DNA of 64,000 bases from Amoebidium appalachense (GCA_963693365.1 CAVNZM010000006.1:8993355-9057354), one strand, 5' to 3'; shown: positions 28,595 to 62,828, numbered from the stretch's first letter. Notes: generated from the letters alone by a model not told the origin. A program made the numbers and translations.

Positions 28595-30562
28595 TCCACC
28601 ACCCCAACCTTCCCCCTTTCCACCCCAACCCTCCCCTCCTCCCCCCGCACCCTACCCCCGCCCTCCCTCTCCTCCCCCTTTCCCCCTCCCCCCCCCCCAC
28701 CTCCTTTGCCCCGTGTCAAGTGTTTGTGTTGAATTCTTCTACCCAGATGACGGGCTATAGATTGATACAGTAGACACTATGTTTACAAACTGATCGCCGC
28801 CCAGCCTTTCATCTCACGGCCCAAACCTGCAGGGGGGCTATACGGCTCAGCAGCTGGCGGTTAGGTCAGGGCATATGGACTTGGTGGCACTTTTGGATAA
28901 GGTCCGTGCTGCCCCGGGAGAGGGGGGGGGGGGGGAGGGGAGGGGGGGGGGGGGGCAGACACTGACTGAGGGAGAAGCGAAAAAAGGGGGGGATGGGGGG
29001 GGGGGGGGGGGGGGGGGAGGGGTGGGGGTGGGGGGAGGGGGGGGGGGGGGGGGGGGGGGGACGGAGTGAACGGGGAGGGGGTGGGATGGAGGGAGGGGGG
29101 GGAGGGAGGATGGTAAGAGAGAAAAAAGGAACAGGGGGGGAGATGGCAAGAGTGAGAGGGAGCGGGGGAGAAAGAGAGAGATTGGGAGAGGATGAAGTGG
29201 AGGAACGAGAAGTGTTGGAGGGAGGGCAGAGGTGGGGGGATGTAGGGCAAAGAGAGTTAGGGCAAAGAGAGTTAGAGGAGAAAGAAGGAGGGGAAGAGGG
29301 GACGTGAGGAGGAGAGGGGGTGAAAAAGGGGAGCTAGAGAGGGAGGGAGGGAGGAAGAGAAACTGAGAGCAATGATGGTAGGGGGAGACATGAAACAATA
29401 GAGGGAGGGAGATGGGGGGATAGGGGAGGGGGTGGGAGCTAGAGAGGGAGGGAGGGAGGGAGAGAAACTGAGAGCAATCATGGTAGGGGTAGACATGAAA
29501 CAATAGAGGGAGGGAGATGGGGGGATAGGGGAGGGGGTGGGTGGGTGGGTGGTGGGGGTGTGAGCTTTGGGGGGTTTTGAGGGGGGGAGTGAGAGAGAGG
29601 GGGGGGGAGAGAGAGCAAGAGAGAAGAGAAACAGAGCTCTTATGTTTGTCCAAGAGAAATCTCTTCGTGGTGCATTTAAATCAAAATCTTTGCGTAAGCA
29701 GAGAGAGCATCCACGGCAGTGGGAGGTGCCTGAGGCCATAGCCAGTGGGGATGTGCGCCTGCTGCAAGAGTTGCTGGATGGAGGGGTCTCGCATGTGGCT
29801 GTGTACCAGGTGCTTGCCAATCAGAAACCCCCCCCCCCCCCCCCCCCCCCAACCCCAACCCAAAAAAAAAAAAAAAAAAAAAAAGGAGAAGAAGAAAGTC
29901 AAAAAAGAAGAAAGGAAAAAAGGCCAAAACAGAAGAGCGCAGAATAAAAGACAACCACCCACAAAAAGGGTCAAGAAGATTTCGTGCACAAAAAAAAGCA
30001 AAAAAAAAAACAATGAGAAGGAAGAAGAAAGGGAGGTGGTGAGGTAGAGAGCAGACGAGCAAGTACAAAGGGAATGGAAGCAAAATCGAATAAACACGGC
30101 TGCACGGATCACAGGTGGCTTCTAGTTTGGAACTGAAGTCAAATACAGCGATAAATGGATAACGATGGGGATAGTGGTGGGTATCATTGCATTCTATATG
30201 TTGAATGAATTGAGCAATCAATTCAGCTCCCACAAATTTCATCCAAAGGTTTGTGTCGATTTTAGAATTTCCAACTTCCGCCCCATGTAAGATTCGGATT
30301 TCTGACTATCCGGAGTTATCTGGGGTGCTTACCGGATGGGTTCAGGATGGCAAAACGGCACTGCATCTTGCTGTGGATGCCGGCCAGGCAGAAATAGCCG
30401 AAATGCTGCTGCTGAAAAAACTCAACCCCAACATAGCGTGCAAGGTGTGTGTGTGTGTGTGTGCGTGTGCGTGTGCGTGTGCGTGTGCGTGTGCGTGTGC
30501 GTGTGCGTGTGCGCGTGCGCGTGCGCGTGTGCGTGTGCGTGTGCGTGCGCGCGTGCGTGCGC

Positions 30563-30636
<74 letters not shown>

Positions 30637-30969
30637 ACGTGCATGTATGTGTGCTCGTGTGTGTGTGTGTGTGTGTACACACGTGCGTGTCCGTTGGTGT
30701 GTACGATCACGATTTGGTATGGGTTCAATTGATCGATCCCTCACGTCCCCACCCTCCCGTCCCCACCCTCCCCCTTCCAATTAACCCCCCCAACACATGC
30801 ACACACACACGCATGCACGCACGCACTCACGAACACACGCTCACAGTCACAGACATTCCCCTGCCCTTGCATCTCCACCTACCCCTCCCCCCCCCTATTT
30901 TGTATCTGCCGAATTGGCCTGCGGTTGCTTGACCTCTTACTGTCGTTGCTCACATAGTCAACAATCAGC

Positions 30970-31003
<34 letters not shown>

Positions 31004-31055
31004 TTCTTTCCCGGCATCACATTTCATCTTATCTCTATTTCTTTATTTCTGTATT

Positions 31056-31086
<31 letters not shown>

Positions 31087-31171
31087 CCCTCTGCATCTCC
31101 TCTAATCTCTAATTCTTTATCCTCCCCCCCCCCCCCCCCCCCCCCGCATCACATCTTCTCTGATCTCTATT

Positions 31172-31203
<32 letters not shown>

Positions 31204-33221
31204 TTCTTTCCCGGCATCACATCTCATCTAATCCCTATTTCTTTATTTCTGTATTCCCCCCCCCCCCCCCCCTTCCTCCCCCCCCCCCCCCCCTGCATCT
31301 CCTCTAATCTCCAGGTCTTTATCCTCCCCCTCCCCCCCGGCATCACACCTCCCCTCAGATCTTTATTCCCCCCCCCCCTTCCCCCCATTCCCCCCTGCAT
31401 CACATCTCCTCTGATCTCTATTTCTTTGCCTCCCCCCCCCCCCCTCCCCCTTCATCCCCTCTCCTCTAATCTCCATTTCTTTGTTACTTCCCCCCCGGTC
31501 CCTCCCCCCCCCCCCCCCCCCCCCCCCCCGCGCCCCGCGCGGCATCCCATCTCCTCTGATCTCTATTATTTTGCCCCTTCTCCACCCCCCCCCCCCCCCC
31601 CCCCCCCCCCTTTTCCGGACATTACATCTCCATTAATCTCCATTTCTTTGCCCCCCCCCCCCCCCCCCCCTCCCTCCCCCCCCTCCCCCCTCCTCCCCCC
31701 CTTCCGGGCATCACATCTCCGTTAATCTCCATTTCTCTGCCCCCCTCCCCCCCCCCCCCCCCCCCACCTCCCCATGCATCACACTTTCTTTGTCCCCCTC
31801 CCCACCTTTCCCCAGATCAACAGCTACAGTGCACTGCATCTAGCAGCACAGAGGGGCAACCTACCAATGGTGCAGTTGCTGTTGCAGCACAGTGCAGCAG
31901 TAAACCAGGTCGCAAAGGTAGATTAACTCCCCTTCCTAGCCCTCCCCCCCCCCCCCCCCCCCCCCCCCCGCCCTCCCCCCGCCTCCCCCCGCCTCCCCCC
32001 CTCCCCCCTTCTCCCCCTCCACAGACACACACACAGCCCCATGGTCCCATTCCCCCCCCCCCCGTTCCTCCCTTGCTGATGGCATGGTGGAATGCGAGTC
32101 AGTCCAAGGAAGATTTGTGGGTGGATGCCACAGGGATATCATCCGCATGCTTATCCAAATCTTGTCCTTCCCATTCCTGTCCAGTTCCTACCCCCCTTCT
32201 CCCCCCCCCCCCCCCCCCCCCCCCCCTTCTCCCTTTCTCCCTTCCCCTCCCCCCCGCTCCCTCCCTGATTCCCCAATACTTAAGCCAATAGGATGGTATC
32301 TGACCCACCACTCTCCTATGCTCCTGCAGGGCAACATGACAGCCCTGCACATTGCAGCGTTCAAGGGGCATTGGTCCATAGCCTACCAGCTGCTGCGTGC
32401 TGGCGCCATCATTAACCCTAACGAGCCTACGGTCTGTTACCCCCCCCCCCCCCCCCCCCCCCACCCACCCCACCGCACCCTCCCCGTCTGCCCCCTTTCA
32501 TCCTTCCCCTCCCCTTCTAATGCTCTTGCTACTCCTCATGCCCCCCTCCCCCTCCCCTCCCCCCCCCCCCCCCCCCCCGGGCTGCTGCTGTTGCCACCAA
32601 AACCATATGCGTTTTCTTATTTGTTATGTTTTCTTCGTAGTAGCGTGATGGCAAACATCAAGAAATAGACAGCTACATGTGAGGGTAATGGGCAGATTGG
32701 CAATCACGTGTGCACCATCATAGAGTCATTGTGTTGTCCTACTGCCCTGCAGTAGCCCCCCCCCCTCCCCCCCCCCCCTCCCCCCCCTCCCCCCCCCCCC
32801 TCCCCCCCCCCCCCCCCCCCCCCAAACACACAAACGGCCTTTACTCCTCCCCCTCCTCCCCGTTCCTTCTCTGCGCATGTTCCACACCTAGCTAGCCCTT
32901 GTGTCTTTCATTCCCTTTGTCACTGTTCCTTTTCTTCTTCATGGCAGCAGGATCTGCATGCATCGTGTGTGTTTTTCATTCACGGTTTTACTTATAATCC
33001 CACACACATGGATTAGAGGGCACGGGTTGATGTGTGGACTCACACTGTAGATCACGTGGCGGGCAACTCCACAGAAGGGGGAGCAGTGCTACCGTGCTAT
33101 TGTCGACAGCGGCCAGCCATGGGTGGAGTGGCTCGTCACTACAGACAAGGTGTGCAACCCCCCCCCCCCCCCCCCCCCCCTCTCTCCTGCCCTCCCCCCC
33201 CCCCCCCCCCCAAAAAAAAAA

Positions 33222-33252
<31 letters not shown>

Positions 33253-35179
33253 CACACACATGCACACACCCCTTATGCCTGGGCGGCTATTCTGCTGCGG
33301 TCTGCTGTACTGCCTGAACAACGAAAATAAGGAAAGGGAAGATTGGGAAGGGATGAGTAATAGGAGAAAGATGGAAAGTCTTAAATGGGTGAAGGCATAT
33401 ATGTATGTAGGTTTCTCCCCTTTATGCGTGTGTGCGTGTGTACGTGGGTGCGTGCGTGCGTGCGTGGGTGTGTGTGTTCCGTGGGTGTGTGTGTTCGTTG
33501 TGGTAGGTGAGTGGGGAAAAAAGACGCTACAAGAACATAGGGTCAGCACGTACAGTATGGGACGTATGGGATTTTGTGGTTAAAAAGACTGACGGGAACT
33601 GTGTGAAGGGAAATGTGCAATAGCAAAACAGATAGCTGTGCTGGTGGTAGACTGCACAGCTTTTTGTAAAGAGAAGGGCTGGGGTGGGGCACAACAAAAA
33701 CATTGTTTTCTTACAAGTGAACAAAGTGTATGGAAGCATAGCCGGGCAGTAACCATCCTGATATATTACACTGAGGGAAAGCTTCGAGCAAACCCCGTAT
33801 ACTCTAAGACTGGTTTTCATACCTCTAGCAAACATTGTAGACCTGCCCAGCAAGCCACACCACCCTCCTAACTCCAGCCCATCTTCAGGGTGTGATATTG
33901 GACGAATCATCCCAACCAAGACTTCAGACCCAACCCCCCTCACCGGGCCCAAGCACCGTCGACTCCATTCACACCACAAACGGGAACACGACCACCCACC
34001 CTATTCCCCTCACACCCACACCTGCCCCTGTTCCATCCATATTCTGTTCACCCACACCTCCCCCATCCTCCACACCCACTCATCCTCCGGCCCCGACCAA
34101 GAGAGTCACACCAATCAAATCCTCACCCACCCGTGCACCTGCACAGTCATCTGGCTCTCACCAAATGGCTCCAAATCCAGTGTCGGCAGAAGTAGGTGTC
34201 CTCCTCCTCCCCGACTCCCCCCCCCCCCCCCCCCCCAAAAAAAGAAACAAAAAACAAAAACAAAAAAACCCCACCCCCTCCACACACACACACACACACA
34301 CACACACCTCCTTGCCTCCTCTCCCCCTTTCGCCCCTTTCCTCCCTCTCCTTTTCCCCTCCTGGGTGCCCTGCTTTAGACACACAGCGTATACCCATGGT
34401 GCTTTCGTGAAATTGTTTAGTTGCGGTTCATATCCCCGTTTCCTTTCTTGGCAGCGTTCTTAAACCAACCACCGCATCTCCCATTTTAAGCAAAATCGAG
34501 GTTGATCCGATCGAGGATTCCGAATTGCCCTGGCGCCGCATAAGAAATTATCGAACTTATCAAGCGATCGAGGGAGTGACGTCATTCTGGGAAAAGTGTG
34601 CCCAGAATGACGTCACTCCCTCGATCGCTTGATTAAGTTCGATAATTTCTTTGGCGGCTCCAGGGCAATTTGGAATCCTCGATCGGATCAACCTCGATTT
34701 TGTCTAAAATGGGAGATGCGGTGGTTGGTTTAACACCCCCCACCTAATTTTATCCAACACCGTCATAGCATGTGCAAAAGTATGCATTATATTCCCGTTT
34801 TTGATATCGTTGAACCCATCCGTTCGTGTCTTTGTGACTAATCAATTTCTCCTCCAGACCCAGCCACCAACTGTGCCAATGAGCACACTGCAGCCACCTC
34901 CATGGGTGCCATGGCCTGGCTCAGGCCAGGGAATACCTAAAAACCGCATTGAAAAGATGATGAAAAAGGTGGATCTGGCTAAGAGGGAGGTAGTCCTGAT
35001 CGACAGCAACGGCAGAGTTCTTGAAGTTAGTTGACCCCCCCCCCCCCCCCCCCGGGGGCCCATTTCCATGCCACACGCTGGAATGTTGTCCTGTTGTTCC
35101 CACTTGTTCTTGTGTGCATAGGCGGTTGTTGTGTGTATCTGTCGACACTGCGCATAATCTCATGGTGCGTGCTTGCATT

Positions 35180-35211
<32 letters not shown>

Positions 35212-36654
35212 CCCCGCCTCCCCCTTTCCCCTCGCCCCTCCCCCTCCCCCCCCCTCCCCCCCCCGGTGTTTTATAGCAGATGCCGTTCATGTCTATGTGC
35301 ACACAAGTATGTGACTGTGTGTCCTCCCTGTATGAAAGCATGTGCCCACATGTGTGCATGCTCATGGAGTGACTGCGTGTTTGGGTTTGTATCCACAAAT
35401 GTGTGTGCGGTCCATGTGCCACATGCACGTACACGTACGCACGTGCTAATATGGCATGTGCACACACAGGAAGCTATCGTACACGTACGCACGTGCTAAT
35501 ATGGCATGTGCACACACAGGAAGCTATCGTACACGTACGCACGTGCTAATATGGCATGTGCACACACAGGAAGCTATCGTACACGTACGCACGTGCTAAT
35601 ATGCCATGTGCACACACAGGAAGCTATCGAACACATGTTCAGGTGCCTTCTTCTTACTCTCGATGCTGAGGGGTTTTCACCCACCGGTCCCTCCCTTTTG
35701 CAAGTGGCGGCGGTAGGGGTGGATCTTCTGTTACCCGAACGCACGAAAGACACCATCTACGTATATCTGTTCGATCTACGATGCAACGACAGTAAGGCGA
35801 TAATGCAAGCGCTCGCACCCGTTTTGGGAGGAAAAACACCCATGAAAGCAATACACGATCTGCACCAAGACGCATGGCAGCTGGCAATGGCACACCATGT
35901 TCCACTTTCTGGGGTGTTCGACACGCAGCTGGCGCATGAGTTGGCTACAGGGGAGGTGTTTGGTGGGTTGGGCAAGTTGGTGAGTCGCTACACAGACCTG
36001 AGCCATGCCAGCAAGCGGGACACCCAGAATGCAATGGATGCCGACCCGGACCTGTGGGCGCACCGGCCCATTGACCCGGCCCTGATCGAGTATGCATCTG
36101 ATGACGTGGCGCTGCTGCTGGCTGTGTTTGCGCAACTGTGGACTAAGCTGGACCAGGCCCAGCTGGCATCCGTGCTCAATGTGTGTCATTGCCCCTCCCT
36201 CCGTCCATTTTGGTTTGATGCAGTGTTTGTTTGTCTTTCCCTCTACCACAGCGGGTGAGTGGGTACCGGTTTCAGATGTCTACACACTTCTCATCTTGCT
36301 CTTCCCGTTTTTTTTGGGTCTTGCTATTATCTGTTGTGTTGCCATTTGGGTGTTAAGCGAGGCACGGAGTTGCGGGAAAACGGAGCGGGGTGTTTCCCTC
36401 CGGGAGGAGGAGGTTAGGGGTGGGGGGGTTGGGGGGGGAGGGGGGGAGGGGGGGGGGGGGGGAAGAGGGGAAGGGGGGCCCTGTACTCCCAATTAAGACG
36501 TTACCGAATTAGCCCATCACTGTTCAATTGGGCAGGACTGATGGTAGGGGTAGTGTATGGTCTTAGGGATGGAGGTGGGTGGGTGGGTAGGTGGGCGGGT
36601 GGTGGTGGTGGGAGGGGGAGAGTGGGGGAGGGGGGGGGGAGGGGGGTAGGGCGG

Positions 36655-36687
<33 letters not shown>

Positions 36688-38335
36688 GAGAATGTTTGGA
36701 GAGGGCTAGTGGTATGGTGCGAAAAGGAAAAAAAGGTGGGGGGGGATTGGGCATGTGTGGCTCTGGTTTTTTGCTGACACATGGGGTTGTTTACAGGCAT
36801 CCCAGGAGAGATGTGACCGGGCCATGGCATGCACCAGTGAGCTGACAGCCAGCCAGAGGCCTATGGTGTGCCGGGGCGACCAATGGCGGCTCAGCAGCAC
36901 CGAATTGACCAATCACGTCGCAAACATGAAAATTGGCGGGCCGGTCAAACGCCGCGTGGAAATGGATACGAAATCGATTGGCGAGTTTCTTCCCCAACCG
37001 TTTCGTGATCTGATTGCGAAAAATCGACGGGCTGAAAGTATCCAGGAGATAGGCATTGAATTAGGCCGTCCCCCCGTTATTACGTATCGGTGTTCCGATG
37101 GCGAGACTGAGATGGTGGTGATGGAAGGGCCAGGAGACATGACTTTTACGCAAAAACACATGGACGGTGCAATAAAAGCACTGGGTAGCCGGTTAGGCAG
37201 CAACAACAGGGTAACTCTTGATGGGTCCCTCCACCGAGTCAGCGCTGTTAGAATGGGTGATGTTGTGTGTGGGCTGACAATATTCCCTGGTCGGTCGATT
37301 ATGGGTGCAGCAGACGCGGGTGCAAACCTGTTTTTCGATTCGCGGAAATCGGTTCTTGTGGTCGGTCCGAGAGGGTCAGGAAAAACGACATTTTTGAGAG
37401 AGGCAGCTCGCCTGCTGTCGCAATTGGTTAAGAAGGGTGCAAAGAGTGTTTTTGTGGTGGACACTTTGGGTGCTGTGTGTGGTTATGGCACGGTTTTACC
37501 ACCGGCGGTCGGTTTAGCGCGGCGAATGCCGGTCGAAGACCCTCTCAAGCAAAACGCGGTCATTTCGGAGTGTGTTCAGAACCACCACCCGCACACGATC
37601 GTAATCGATGAGATTTCGCCGAATTCGGACGTGGATGCTGTGCGTGCGGCCATTTCCATGCGGGTGCAGGTGTTGGCTGGGGTGCAGGGGACATTTAGGG
37701 ATTTATGTTTGAGTCCTGAGCTGTGTGAGTTGGTGAAGGCAAGACCCGTCCCACAGCAAACCGGCCCACAAACCTCTACACAGCAAGTACGAATATTCCG
37801 TCTCCCCACCCCTCCCCCCCCCCCCCCCCCCTCCCCCCCTGTCCCGCCCTCCCCTCCAAAACCCTCTCCCTTCCCCTTTTCCCGAATGCCCCCCCCCCCC
37901 CCCCCCCCCCCTTGTGGCCCCTCCCCCCTTTCACATCCCCTCCCTCCCCCCCCCGGCCCCTCCCCTCTTTCACTAGCCTAACCGAGCCACAACATTCGGC
38001 CTAGCCCCCATCACGTCCCCCCCTCCCCCTTTCCTCCCCTCCTCCCTCATCTGCAAATCTCTGTTAGTCACGTTCCCAGCCATTGTTGACTGCACTGTTG
38101 TCAGCTGTGGTGCAAGTACCTAGACATGTCGGTTTGTTACCTGTCTCAAAGCTTTTTGCACAAACAGAAACCTGGGCTTGCACACTCTCCCAGGTCATTC
38201 CACACAGATAACTCACTCCATCGTGGTTCGGACGTACCACCTATTCTTGTGGATGCCTTCTGCACTCTTCCTCCGACCTCCTGTCCCCTTATCCATATAT
38301 GTATGTTTGCACACTCACTCTCATGCCTGCCCCCC

Positions 38336-38401
<66 letters not shown>

Positions 38402-38654
38402 ACCCCCAAACACACACAACCAGCCGCTGCCGCCGCCACCACGCCCTCAGAGCCTTTTTGGTGCCGTGGTTGAGCTACTCCCAGGCAGCCCTAATAGGTG
38501 CCGTGTGATTGTGGACCCCCTGAGGGCCAGTGAAGACCTGATGGCTGGCAGGCCCTACAGGGCACAGGTCAGGGAGATAGATGCAGATACGGGCAGGATG
38601 ATTGTCTACTGGGTGCCTGTGGATCAGTATGGTGTGGAGTTGCCCATGCGGTAG
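25507..38654 (+). CDS. Ankyrin-repeat / DEDDy 3'-5' exonuclease / Ycf45-SpoIIIAA-like P-loop NTPase fusion protein, paralogue 2 (about 1090 aa, duplicated ankyrin block)
   Basis: Exons, all phase 0: tentative ATG 25507-25509 and 25632-25649; 25882-25986; 26642-26740; 27743-27847; 28452-28550; 28833-28901; 29702-29809; 30346-30444; 31816-31917; 32330-32431; 33051-33149; 33889-34191; 34858-35025; 35620-36180 (LTLDAEG, HDLHQD, YASDDV); 36797-37786 ([15 protein letters not shown]); 38424-38654 ending in TAG. Confidence 0.88.
27200..27521. mobile_element. Fold-back/MITE-like element with long terminal inverted repeats and internal ~72-75-bp tandem units
   Basis: Starts agatgttttttgtcc..cttcacttta and ends taaagtgaagg..ggacaaaaaacatct. 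The unit tttacttgcctttactctgccacgtgcgactgtggcctcagccgccgtatgaacaagtcaactc occurs about 2.6 times forward and once inverted. Confidence 0.65.
29329..29541 (+). repeat. Two-copy ~105-bp purine-rich tandem duplication
   Basis: gggagctagagagggagggaggg..agagaaactgagagcaat.atggtagggg.agacatgaaacaatagagggagggagatgggggg occurs twice. Confidence 0.8.
30970..31800 (+). repeat. Degenerate minisatellite: (gc)atcacatctcctctgatctctatttc units separated by variable poly-C runs
   Basis: Roughly a dozen recognisable units in the intron upstream of exon 31816. Confidence 0.8.
34460..34733. mobile_element. Near-perfect palindromic (fold-back) MITE-like element bounded by TTAA
   Basis: Arms of about 130 bp (ttaaaccaaccaccgcatctccc...cattctggg / cccagaatg...gggagatgcggtggttggtttaa) around a 9-nt loop aaaagtgtg, in an intron of paralogue 2. 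Confidence 0.75.
35431..35630 (+). repeat. Four-copy 50-bp tandem repeat spanning the branch point, acceptor and first bases of the exonuclease exon
   Basis: acacgtacgcacgtgctaatatggcatgtgcacacacaggaagctatcgt x3 plus a fourth copy with two differences. Confidence 0.95.
35620..36180 (+). CDS. DEDDy 3'-5' exonuclease domain exon of paralogue 2
   Basis: [30 protein letters not shown] and YASDDV. 561 nt, the same length as the paralogue 1 exon. Confidence 0.9.
36797..37786 (+). CDS. Ycf45/SpoIIIAA-like NTPase domain exon of paralogue 2
   Basis: [24 protein letters not shown], Walker [18 protein letters not shown], Walker B IVIDEI. Confidence 0.88.
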
Positions 38655-38879
38655 TGGGAGGTGGGGGGTGGAGGAGCTCGAGGGAGGCATTGGGAGGGGG
38701 GAGGGGGGAGGGGTGTGTGTGTGTGTGTGTGTGTGGGGGGGGGAGGGGGGAGGGGGGGGGGGGAGGGAGGGGGGGAGGGGGGAGGGGAGAGGGGGGATGA
38801 TGCTCTATTATTGCGTTTTCCTGTCGTCACACACACGTACATATGCACATGAAAGGACACAAGGAGGCACATGCATAGG

Positions 38880-38972
<93 letters not shown>

Positions 38973-39665
38973 TTACCTTCTTTATAAGTTGGACTATTAT
39001 TGTGTTCGTTTTTATCAAGGCAGTGCACAACATACATGCTCATGTTGGGTGCCACGCACATACTCGCACACATTGCTAAGTACTAAGAGACATGCACGCT
39101 TAACAATGCACTTTCGTGGTGGAAATCTAAATCAATCACAGGCTTCACTGAATTATTCGTATTTTTCTGACTTAAAATGCGCGTGTATTTGTTCTTTTCG
39201 ATGATTATTCGAATGACGTCAAGTGATTGTGCAGGTCAATTGAACACATGGATAGCTACTATGCGATGATGAATGTAAACTTACAGGAATCAACCAGGAA
39301 TGTGACCATATTTTGCTTGTATATATCCAACTGTATTCCATCGATGTTTAACTGTACAGGGATACACACACCAGCCAGTAAAGATGTGTCTGAGGAACTT
39401 TGGTAAACAGACTTGAGCAAACCCCCCCCCCCCCCCCCCCCCCCCTTCCCCCTCCAAAAATAAAAAGTAAAAAAAATAAATCATCATTATTGCTGTGATG
39501 ACGATGACTACTGTCTATTTCCACAAAGGTGGAGTGGGTTGTGCAATACCGAAGTGACTGGGTATATATACGTGTGCATGTAGATGTGGGGTGGTGGTGG
39601 TGGTGGTGTTTTTTTTTTTTTTTTGTTTTTTTTGGTGGTTGTTTTGGGTGGGTGGGTGGGTGGGT

Positions 39666-39721
<56 letters not shown>

Positions 39722-40432
39722 GGGGGTTATATATATCTAGTAGGTAAAAAGGTCCACGTTGTTGAGATATCAAGACTCGAATTCGGGGTGTAAAGGATTT
39801 TACGTGTCCGTGTTCATGTAAGTTCTGTGTGTGTGTGTGTGTGCATGTTATATCTGTTTGTGTGTGTTTGTGTGTGTTCGTAGCTCTTTAGGTGTGTAGG
39901 TGTGTTTCTCATTTGTGAGTTGTTAACGTTGGGTGATTGTGCTTACGTTGGTTCGGTTTCATGAAGTAGGAACGGTGGGTGGACATTGAGGCCGGGAAGG
40001 GGGGGGGGGGGGGGGGGGGTCATCATGGTTGGGGTCCAAAATATCGATTTCGTCAAGTTTATTATCATTCTTGTATAAAATCATCAAAACATAAATCTCG
40101 TCTATATCAATTGATTATCTGGCAAGCCGTCGACCAGTTGTGCTCTTCTCAATCCCCCCCCCCCCCCCCCTCCCCCCCCCCCCCCCCCCCCCCCTCCCCC
40201 TCCCCCCCCCCCCCCCCACACACACACGTCCAGATTTGGCAAGGCACATACGGCATAACATTGCAAAGCCGTCCAGTATTTTCGGCCTATTTTGTGTACA
40301 GCCACTAGTACTAAGACAAAAGCAAGAGTATACATGAGCATATATATATTCAATATTCAATTCGTAGGTATGCAACAAACTAATATTCACATCATATCGT
40401 ACATTCACATTCCCGTCTCCGCAATATGCCGA

Positions 40433-62268
<21,836 letters not shown>

Positions 62269-62796
62269 GCTGATGCTATGCCTGTACATGTGAGAGAAGG
62301 TATCAACATCTCCATCTTTTCACCCGCACTTTCCCCTGTCATGCTCCCCCCTTCTCCTCCCTCCCCTCTCCCCTCTTCCCCCCCCCCCCTCCCACACCCC
62401 CACCCCCGCCCTGCCCCCCTGCCAGCCCTCGCCGCACCCCCCTCTCCCCTCCCCCCCTTCTCCCACTCCTTCCCTCCCACTCCCCCAGGAGGCCCCACCA
62501 CCACCAACACCACTGCCACCACTGCTACTACCCAACCACCCACCAAACCCTCACCACCACCTCCTGTCACCCGATGCCTTCTCCTCTTCTCTTCCCCCCG
62601 TCCCCTACACTCCCTGCAATCAGATAAATACCCCCCACACACGGACGCCTAGTGTGTGTGTGTGTGTGCAGACATTCCATGCCAAAGACCCCCGTCCCTC
62701 CAAAAAAAACAAATAAATAAACTAAAAAATGATTGAATCGAAACGGTGCACTCCCTCCCCCCCCCCCCCCTCCCCCTCCCGCCTTCCCCTCAATCC

Positions 62797-62828
<32 letters not shown>

